Below, in pieces: positions 5,609 to 12,931 of a stretch of 15,915 bases of DNA. Numbering within the stretch: position 1 is the stretch's first letter; each line of letters begins with the position of its first letter. A program made the translations under genes and the position numbers. This DNA comes from Candidatus Iainarchaeum sp. (GTDB lineage Archaea > Iainarchaeota > Iainarchaeia > Iainarchaeales > VGJJ01): positions 1-15,915 of the forward strand of contig JAZDJQ010000015.1 in assembly GCA_043803765.1 (NCBI GenBank), written 5' to 3'. The notes under the pieces are model-generated. The model was not told the origin of the DNA. It saw nothing but the letters and a program-made list of their open reading frames with translations, and did not search any database.

Positions 5609-8305
5609 ATGGCCGAAAAGAAGATTCTTCGGGAACGATTTTCGCGGGAATGGGAGAAGCATTACAAGGTGGATGCGCTCACGAGTAGAGGATTTCAGAG
5701 AAAGCAATGTAGTAATTGCAGTCGTTTTTTTTGGACAATTGATTCAAATAGAACGGCGTGTGCGGATTCGGAATGTACCGGATATGCGTTTATTGGGAAG
5801 AAGACCAAAAATTATTCATACGTTGAGACGTGGAAAAAAATAAGCGAGTATTTTGCAAAGAATAATCATACGGAGATAAAGCGTTTTCCTGTTGTTTCCC
5901 GTTGGCGGGATGATTTGTATTTTACGAATGCGAGTATTATTGACTTTCAACCCTACGTGGTGATGGGGGAAGTAGCCCCTCCTGCTAATCCCTTGATTGT
6001 TCCGCAGATGTGTTTGCGTTTCAATGATGTTGGAAATGTAGGAGTAACGGGACGGCATAATACCAGTTTTGTCATGTTTGGTCAGCATGCTTTTAACACG
6101 GAGAAAACGGGGTTGTTTTATTGGAAAAATGAGGCATTGGAGCACGATTATAATTATTTGACTCAAGTGATTGGAGTAAAACCCGAGGATTTGACTTTTC
6201 AAGAGGAAGTGTGGGCCGGCGGAGGAACATTTGGTCCTAGTATTGAGTATGCTGCTAATGGAGCAGAATTGGGAAATTGCGTATTCATGCAGTTTGAGGA
6301 ATTGGATAATGGTGAAAGTCGTGAGTTGAAAACCAAAGTAATTGATATGGGGGCAGGATTGGAACGATTGGCATGGTACACAACGGGAACACCTACGAGT
6401 TATGATACCGTGTATGGAAACGTCATTCATAATCTCAAACGAAATACCGGCGTTGATTTGGATGAGGAATTGTTTTTGCAGTATGCCAGGATTAGCGGTG
6501 TTATTGATATGGAAAGCGGAAACGTCAAACAGAAAAGAGAAGAGATTGCTAAAAAATTAGGAATGGATGAGAAAGAATTATTTTCTCGCATTGCCAGTTT
6601 GCAGGCATTGTACGCTATTACGGACCATCTCAAAACGATTTTGTATACGTGCACCGATGGTCAGCTTCCAAGTAATGGGGGTGGTGGATATAATCTGCGC
6701 TTGTTATTACGCCGTGTATTTGGTTTCAATTCAGAGTTTGCATTTAATTTGAATTATGATTCTATTCTCCAAGACCATGTGAAAGAGTTGAAGGGATTTG
6801 ATGATTCATTGCAAGAAGGACTTCCTACTGCAATCGAAGTAGTGAAGGAAGAGCAGAAAAAATTCAATATGTTGCAGGAAACGGGTAAGAAAAAAATGCA
6901 AATCATTGTGGAACGGATGAGAAAAGAAAACAAACCCATTGGGAAAAAGGACCTTATTACATTGTATGAGTCGCACGGCATTCCCTATGAGATGGCCGTG
7001 GACGCGGGGAAAAAAGAAGGAGTTGCGGTAGAGGAAGTGTTTGATTTCTATGAACAGATTGGAGTAAAGAATGAGAAGAAGAAAGAGAAAAAAACGGGAT
7101 TAGCCATGGAAGTGGAATCGTTTCCTGAAACGGAAACAATGTATTATGACAAATTATATGAAAATAAATTTCAGGCAAAAGTAGTGGGAAAAATTCAATC
7201 ATTTATTGCGTTGGATAAAACGCTTTTTTACCCGGAGGGCGGCGGGCAGAGTTTTGACACAGGAACAGTGAATAATATTGGAGTTAAAAGTGTTCAAAAA
7301 ATACAAAATCGTATCTTACATGAAGTAGAGAATCCAAACGTGTTTGAAATAGGACAAACGGTTGATGGTTTTATTTCACGTGAGAGGAGGGCCAATTTGA
7401 TGCACAATCATACGTGCACTCATTTAGTGAATGCGATGTGCCGCAAGGTACTTGGACAACACATTTGGCAGGCGGGTGCACAAAAGAGTCCTGAAAAAGC
7501 CCATTTGGATGTAACGCATTACAAGAAAATACATTCTTCCGAGATAACCAAAATCGAAGAATTAGTAGAAGCGCATATTCAGAAAAAAATTTCAGTGAAA
7601 AAATTCACGGCTTCCCGTACGGAAGCCGAACAAAAATATGGTTTTCGCATCTATCAAGGCGGATTTGTCCCGGGCAAAGAGTTGCGTCTCGTTGAGATTG
7701 AAGGGGTGGATATCCAGGCATGCGGGGGAACGCATATTAATAATACGGCAGAGATTGGTTTCTTCAAGGTGATAAAAGTGGAAAGCATACAGGATGGAAT
7801 TGAACGCATCACGTTTGCGACGGGAAAACCTGCATTGAAATGGGTGCAGGAACGTGAGGAAAAATTGCACCGTCTTACGAAAATTCTTAATACGACGGAG
7901 CAGGATTTGGAAAAGACGGCACAGAACATGATGGACGAGTATAAGCAGGCGCGTAAAAAAGTGGAGCAATTGCAGGAATATTATTTGAGGGGAATTGCCA
8001 AAGAATTGAAGGGAAAAGCAAAGGGGAGTAAGATTATTGAAAAGTTGGATGAGATGGAACCCGATGCCTTGTTGAAATTAGGGCAAATTATTGTGAATGA
8101 GAATCCTATGCTTTCCGTTGTATTAGTATCTAATTCGGCTAAAATGATAGTAGTGATGAGCGGGAGCGGGAGTACATTCAATGCGAAGAATGCTATTCAG
8201 CATATTCTTTCATTCGTGAAAGGAAGTGGTGGTGGAAGTGAGAAGCTTGGTCAGGCAAAATTGATTAGTTTGGATGGAATCGATGCGGCATTGATGAAAC
8301 TATAG
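5609..8305 (+). CDS. alaS: Alanine--tRNA ligase, archaeal type
   Basis: N-terminal CxxC..FW..C....C extension, VGVTGRH..F.M, WAGGG..GP..E, IDMG.GLER, DHLKT, GGGYNLR, FYPEGGGQ, editing motifs HTCTH and CGGTH, and C-terminal GSGGG. Confidence 0.98.
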   Translation: MAEKKILRERFSREWEKHYKVDALTSRGFQRKQCSNCSRFFWTIDSNRTACADSECTGYAFIGKKTKNYSYVETWKKISEYFAKNNHTEIKRFPVVSRWRDDLYFTNASIIDFQPYVVMGEVAPPANPLIVPQMCLRFNDVGNVGVTGRHNTSFVMFGQHAFNTEKTGLFYWKNEALEHDYNYLTQVIGVKPEDLTFQEEVWAGGGTFGPSIEYAANGAELGNCVFMQFEELDNGESRELKTKVIDMGAGLERLAWYTTGTPTSYDTVYGNVIHNLKRNTGVDLDEELFLQYARISGVIDMESGNVKQKREEIAKKLGMDEKELFSRIASLQALYAITDHLKTILYTCTDGQLPSNGGGGYNLRLLLRRVFGFNSEFAFNLNYDSILQDHVKELKGFDDSLQEGLPTAIEVVKEEQKKFNMLQETGKKKMQIIVERMRKENKPIGKKDLITLYESHGIPYEMAVDAGKKEGVAVEEVFDFYEQIGVKNEKKKEKKTGLAMEVESFPETETMYYDKLYENKFQAKVVGKIQSFIALDKTLFYPEGGGQSFDTGTVNNIGVKSVQKIQNRILHEVENPNVFEIGQTVDGFISRERRANLMHNHTCTHLVNAMCRKVLGQHIWQAGAQKSPEKAHLDVTHYKKIHSSEITKIEELVEAHIQKKISVKKFTASRTEAEQKYGFRIYQGGFVPGKELRLVEIEGVDIQACGGTHINNTAEIGFFKVIKVESIQDGIERITFATGKPALKWVQEREEKLHRLTKILNTTEQDLEKTAQNMMDEYKQARKKVEQLQEYYLRGIAKELKGKAKGSKIIEKLDEMEPDALLKLGQIIVNENPMLSVVLVSNSAKMIVVMSGSGSTFNAKNAIQHILSFVKGSGGGSEKLGQAKLISLDGIDAALMKL

Positions 8306-8320
8306 CAAAAAGCCTAAGTA

Positions 8321-8365
8321 TTTGAACAATTTAACGGGTTTTTTGCATACCGCAAATTATTCAAA
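8321..8365. terminator. Imperfect inverted repeat with T and A tracts between convergent alaS and vapC
   Basis: TTTGAACAATTT (8321-8332) and AAATTATTCAAA (8354-8365) are complementary at 11 of 12 positions. There is an internal T-run and an A8 run. Confidence 0.4.
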
Positions 8366-8385
8366 AAAAACGCGATGATTTTTCT

Positions 8386-8757
8386 TTATTTTGATGGTAT
8401 CCATTCAACGTTTGGTATTTCTTTGAAAGCTTTATCTCCTGTGAGAAATTTGCATTTTTCCGTTTTGGCTATTTGGTATCCAATGCAGTCCACATACGAC
8501 ATATTTTTCATCTTGTTTCGAAAACGAAATTTGACTGCTTCTTTTATTACATGATCAGAAATTTCAATCGTTTTATCAAGAAAGGAGGAATAATATTTTT
8601 CAGCTATTTCCTCATTTTGTTCAAGCAGTGCTGAATAATAAAGTTCCATCAAATTGAGTTTTGTTAAAATTATTTCGTGTTTTTCAAAAAATGGAATAAA
8701 TCGGGAATTGTCCTTCAAGTATTCAATAATAGCAAACGTATCAGCAAAATATTTCAT
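8386..8757 (-). CDS. vapC: PIN-domain toxin (VapC family)
   Basis: FADTFAIIE, LMELYY, MSYVDCIGY, FLTGDKAF carry the PIN acidic residues. ATG 8757 overlaps the antitoxin stop (TAATG). Confidence 0.92.
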   Translation of the reverse strand: MKYFADTFAIIEYLKDNSRFIPFFEKHEIILTKLNLMELYYSALLEQNEEIAEKYYSSFLDKTIEISDHVIKEAVKFRFRNKMKNMSYVDCIGYQIAKTEKCKFLTGDKAFKEIPNVEWIPSK

Positions 8758-8972
8758 TAATCCCACCCTTTTCTTATTTCATTCATAATATCTTGTGTGG
8801 AACGTTTCGATTTGAAAGTTCCGCGTAATTCCTTGATGTCGTTCACTCTTTGTACCGTAATAATTAGTTTGTCCTTTGGATTGATTTTCTGCTTTTTGAC
8901 TAATTTACTGTCTAAAATTACGCTAATGGAATTACCCCATTGTTTTGCCTCGGCAGCAATAGTATCACTCAT
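8757..8972 (-). CDS. AbrB/MazE/SpoVT-type antitoxin
   Basis: KQWGNSISVIL...INPKD.LII.V AbrB motif, 71 aa, translationally coupled upstream of the PIN gene. Confidence 0.88.
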   Translation of the reverse strand: MSDTIAAEAKQWGNSISVILDSKLVKKQKINPKDKLIITVQRVNDIKELRGTFKSKRSTQDIMNEIRKGWD

Positions 8973-9012
8973 AGTATCACTAAATGATACTTAGTGTCTA
9001 ACTTGTATATAA
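8959..9012 (-). promoter_or_regulatory. Promoter and putative auto-repression operator of the toxin-antitoxin operon
   Basis: TATA TTATATA (minus strand, 9012-9006) preceded by purine-rich AAAAGA. Direct repeat ATAGTATCACT at 8959-8969 and 8971-8981. Inverted AGTATCA-N5-TGATACT at 8973-8991. Confidence 0.7.
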
Positions 9013-9038
9013 TCTTTTAGAAGGCAAATCGCCTATTC

Positions 9039-10232
9039 TTAGAATCCGCCTTTGGGGTATTCGTTGATTTTTTGTATTTGGATATCTACAACTGTTTCCA
9101 CGTGTTCGGTGTGGGGAAATAAGTCGAATGCAGTTGCATTTGTTATTTTGTATTCGGCGTATTCTTCCAGCCATTCCAAATCTCGTATGAGTGCCGAAAG
9201 ATTGCATGAAACATAAACGAGTTGTGTTGGATTGAGTCGTAGTATTCTCCGTATTATTTTTTTGCTCAACCCCGATCGGGGCGGGTCGAGAATGATGGTG
9301 TTCCATTGTTCTTTTTGTTTTTCCATTTCTTGTAAATATTTTGGAACGTTTCCTTCTATAAATGTGCAGTGTTGTTCGGTTATTTGGTGTGCGTGCGCAT
9401 TTTTTTGAGCATACGTAATGGATTCGGGAGTGAGTTCCACTCCTTTTACTACGTTCCCGCGCATGGCAAGTGGAATGGAAAACAATCCCACTCCACAATA
9501 TAAGTCCAATACCTTATTTTTTGTTGGAACAAGTTGGGTGATGTGGTGTTGAATTTTTTCAGCCATTTTGGGATTAGTTTGGAAAAAGCATTTGGCATTG
9601 TAGGTGAAAGAAATTCCATTTATTTTTTCCGTGAGGAGCGGGTTTCCCCATGTTTGGAAAATCGTTCCTCCAAATGAATCATTAAATGCTGAGTGATGAA
9701 TCCATACGATTCCATCGGCGAGTTTTTCATGTAAGAGGGTTTCCGCGAGCGCATTCATTTCAGTAGCGTCTTCAGTTGTGAATGTGAGAAAGATAGCGAT
9801 GCGGGAAGATGGATTCTTCGACTCACGGATAACAACATAACGAAGGTAGCCTTTCTGCTTCAACACCGAGTAATATGTGGCCCATTCCGCATGGGAAAGG
9901 GTAGTGGCGAGATAGGCATATAGTTTTTGAGAGGCAGGAGACAGAAGTTGACAGGACGGCACGTTGAATGATTGAAAATGCCCCCCTTTGCGTCTAAATC
10001 CAAGCGTTTTGGATTGGTCGAAAAAGAAATCCGCTCGGTTTCGGTAAAATTGGAGGGAATTGGAGGGAACCCACCCCGCGTTTTCAACATAATATTGGAG
10101 GGCTTTTTCCACCCTTTCTTTTTTTTCTTTTTCTTGTACGGAATAGGAAACGCCCATTCTTGGACACCCGTTGCATTCATCCCGATGGGGGCACATGGAA
10201 TAGGTTTTTTCCTCGATTGGAGTGGAAAGCAT
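9039..10232 (-). CDS. RlmD/TrmA-family SAM-dependent RNA m5U methyltransferase with Fe-S motif and no TRAM domain
   Basis: CPHRDECNGC...C (4Fe-4S), YRNR, FFQTN, LDLYCGVG, ILDPPRSGL, YVSCN (catalytic Cys), DLFPHTEHVE. Confidence 0.93.
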   Translation of the reverse strand: MLSTPIEEKTYSMCPHRDECNGCPRMGVSYSVQEKEKKERVEKALQYYVENAGWVPSNSLQFYRNRADFFFDQSKTLGFRRKGGHFQSFNVPSCQLLSPASQKLYAYLATTLSHAEWATYYSVLKQKGYLRYVVIRESKNPSSRIAIFLTFTTEDATEMNALAETLLHEKLADGIVWIHHSAFNDSFGGTIFQTWGNPLLTEKINGISFTYNAKCFFQTNPKMAEKIQHHITQLVPTKNKVLDLYCGVGLFSIPLAMRGNVVKGVELTPESITYAQKNAHAHQITEQHCTFIEGNVPKYLQEMEKQKEQWNTIILDPPRSGLSKKIIRRILRLNPTQLVYVSCNLSALIRDLEWLEEYAEYKITNATAFDLFPHTEHVETVVDIQIQKINEYPKGGF

Positions 10233-10431
10233 ACGTTATTCTTCGCGGAATGCCTTTTAAGGGAAGTTTTTCCTTCCCCCGTAGCAGAAACGAGGAGACG
10301 TGGGAAATTCCTCTTTTCATTTTGGTGTTTGTTTCCCGTGTTGTTGATTGCAATGATTTTGCTTGCATTCACTCTTGGATACTCGATTGGTTCATGAATA
10401 GCTTTTTAACGATGAAATTGATGGTGGGTGT

Positions 10432-11400
10432 ATGGATGGCATCGTGTTGAATGTTCTTGTTTTTTTGGGAGCCAGCCTTATTTTGGTGAAAGCGTCCTCT
10501 TTTGCCGTAAAATACGTGGTAGGACTTGCTAAGGCATTTCATTTGACTGAATTCATGGCGGCATTCGTTTTGGCGGGATTTGTTTCGATTCTTCCTGAAT
10601 TTTTTATTGGGGTAAATGCAGCATTGGATGGTTTTACGGATGCTGGAATTGGCACGTTGATTGGGAATAATTTGGTTGATTTAACATTGGTTATTGGAAT
10701 CGTGGCGATTTTGGGAAGAGAACTTTCTACTTCGCGTTATGACCGCATGTCAACTATTCCATTCATTGTCATGATGGCGCTTCCTTTTGGTTTGATGTTA
10801 GACGGGTTGCTTTCTTTTATCGACGGATTGTTACTAATAACAGCCGCCATTCTCTATTTTGCGTGGTTGATTAGCCGTGAAGAAGTTCAATCTGCAAAAA
10901 AACCTATTGTGTGGAAACAGCTTCTCGTTCCTCTTTCAGGATTTGGATTGATGATGCTGATTATTTTTTTATCATCAAAGTATGTAGTGGAATCCGCAGT
11001 GAGTTTGTCTACTATTTTTGGTATTCCCGAGGTGTTTGCGGGACTGTTTATTATTTCAGTAGGTGCCTCGCTTCCCGAACTTACATTTTCGGTGCAGGCG
11101 GTTCTTTCCCGTCATAAGTCCATTGCGTTAGGGGATATTTTGGGAAATGTGGCGTTGGATGCCACTTTTTCTATTGGAGTGATGGCCATTATTCGTCCTA
11201 TCCCTATCCAGTTTCCTACCATCGGGGTGTCGGCGCTCATTATGGTATTTGCCGCGCTCATGCTAACCACCTACTTGGATAATGACCACAAACTTAACAC
11301 AAGGGATGGAATAGCATTGATTGGCCTGTTTATCGTGTTTGTTGTAGTACAGCTTGCGTTGAATGTTCCGGTTGCCCCCGCAGGAGTCGTTCACCCTTAG
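10432..11400 (+). CDS. Ca2+/cation (Na+/Ca2+) antiporter, CaCA/YrbG family
   Basis: Two alpha repeats (SILPEFF...GTLIGNN and GASLPELT...GDILGNV), about 10 hydrophobic segments, and TATA-like TTTTTAA at 10403-10409. Confidence 0.92.
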   Translation: MDGIVLNVLVFLGASLILVKASSFAVKYVVGLAKAFHLTEFMAAFVLAGFVSILPEFFIGVNAALDGFTDAGIGTLIGNNLVDLTLVIGIVAILGRELSTSRYDRMSTIPFIVMMALPFGLMLDGLLSFIDGLLLITAAILYFAWLISREEVQSAKKPIVWKQLLVPLSGFGLMMLIIFLSSKYVVESAVSLSTIFGIPEVFAGLFIISVGASLPELTFSVQAVLSRHKSIALGDILGNVALDATFSIGVMAIIRPIPIQFPTIGVSALIMVFAALMLTTYLDNDHKLNTRDGIALIGLFIVFVVVQLALNVPVAPAGVVHP

Positions 11401-11477
11401 AATATAATGCCCAGATATGGGAATAAATCAAAAGAGGGCAGTATTAAATACTCCAACCACGCATACTATTTTTTTGA

Positions 11478-12431
11478 ATGAAGATTTCCCACGTCCTCTC
11501 TACTAAGCAGTTTTCCGATCCTGAAATTCTTTCTCGTTTGTTTGATTTGGCGTGGGAGATGGAAAAAAATGTTAAGAACGATAAGCTTTTTCCTTCGCTT
11601 TCTACCAAGGTGTTAGCGGCTCTTTTTTATGAGCCTTCTACTCGTACGCGTTTTTCATTCGAATCGGCGATGCATCGATTAGGTGGAAGGGTTATTTCCA
11701 CGGAAGCAGCAAGCATTTTTTCATCCGTAACAAAAGGAGAAACCCTAGAGGATACTATCCGGATTATTTCCGGTTATGCGGATGTAATCGTATTGCGTCA
11801 TCCTGAAATGGGTGCTGCCCAGCGTGCATCGGTTGTATCGAGTGTTCCGGTTATTAATGCGGGGGATGGAATGGGGGAACACCCTACACAGGCATTGTTG
11901 GACATGTACACGATTTGGAGGGAAAAGAAGCGATTGGAAAATCTGAATGTGATTCTGATGGGGGATTTGCGTTATGGGAGAACGATTCATTCTCTTGTGT
12001 ATTTGCTTGCGCAGCAAAAAGGAATTAAACTTAATTTTGTTTCTCCTATTGAACTTCGCATTCCGGATTCATACCGTTTGTTTTTGAATGAAAAAAATAT
12101 TCCTTTCCAAGAAAATGAGAAGTTGGAAGAAAAATTAGATGGAATCGACGTGCTCTACATGACGCGTGTTCAAAAGGAACGTTTTGCTTCAATGGAAGAA
12201 TATGCAAAGGTAAAAGATAGTTGTATTATTTCGAAAGATGTTCTTTCTCGTTTGCCCATGGATGCTATTATCATGCACCCTCTTCCCCGCATCAATGAGA
12301 TTGCAGTAGAGGTAGACCAGGACCCGCGGGCGGCATACTTTCGTCAGGCCACGAACGGGTTATACGTGCGGATGGCATTGCTTGAATTGTTATTTGAAAG
12401 GAAAACACTCGAGCAGGAAGCGTTGAAGTAA
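11478..12431 (+). CDS. pyrB: Aspartate carbamoyltransferase catalytic subunit
   Basis: FYEPSTRTRFSFE, KGETLEDT, INAGDG..EHPTQ, GDLRYGRT.HSL, YMTRVQKERF, MHPLPR, YFRQ..NG..VRMA. TATA TATTAAATA at 11442-11450. Confidence 0.97.
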   Translation: MKISHVLSTKQFSDPEILSRLFDLAWEMEKNVKNDKLFPSLSTKVLAALFYEPSTRTRFSFESAMHRLGGRVISTEAASIFSSVTKGETLEDTIRIISGYADVIVLRHPEMGAAQRASVVSSVPVINAGDGMGEHPTQALLDMYTIWREKKRLENLNVILMGDLRYGRTIHSLVYLLAQQKGIKLNFVSPIELRIPDSYRLFLNEKNIPFQENEKLEEKLDGIDVLYMTRVQKERFASMEEYAKVKDSCIISKDVLSRLPMDAIIMHPLPRINEIAVEVDQDPRAAYFRQATNGLYVRMALLELLFERKTLEQEALK

Positions 12432-12493
12432 AAAAATGGAAATAATCGTTGTTCTTTCGCTAAGCATTTATTCTTTGTTGTTGTGAGGATGAG

Positions 12494-12874
12494 ATGAAAT
12501 ATGCTCACTCTCCTGAATGGACAAATGTCACGCATCGTTTGATTGATGAATTATCATTCACTCATATTCCAAAAGAAAGAATTTCCGTCTTCACATCGCA
12601 GGGTTCGAATTCACGCAGGGTGATTGCGCGTATTCATACCATGCCTAAAATTATCCAATTAGGAGCGAATCAGCCCCCTTTTTATGCCATTGAATTGATT
12701 TCGGAGAAGTTTGACCGGCAGAATGATGAGGAGAAAGTAAAAACGATTATTCACGAATTGTTGCACGTTCCTCATTCATTTAATGGGGGTTTTAGGGGGC
12801 ATAAGCAGTATGTGAATCATTCGACCGTGAATGCGATTTATACCAAGTGGAAAGCCCAGTCTCGATTAGGGTAA
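12494..12874 (+). CDS. Putative HExxH metallopeptidase (small archaeal / phage-metallopeptidase-like family)
   Basis: S.GS.SRR.IARIH, YAIELISEKFD, IIHELLHVP..F.GG.R.H. Confidence 0.8.
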   Translation: MKYAHSPEWTNVTHRLIDELSFTHIPKERISVFTSQGSNSRRVIARIHTMPKIIQLGANQPPFYAIELISEKFDRQNDEEKVKTIIHELLHVPHSFNGGFRGHKQYVNHSTVNAIYTKWKAQSRLG

Positions 12875-12931
12875 GGGGGAAAAATAGGGAAGGATGGGGC
12901 ATTAATAAGCCTTTTTCTTGTTTTTCATTCT

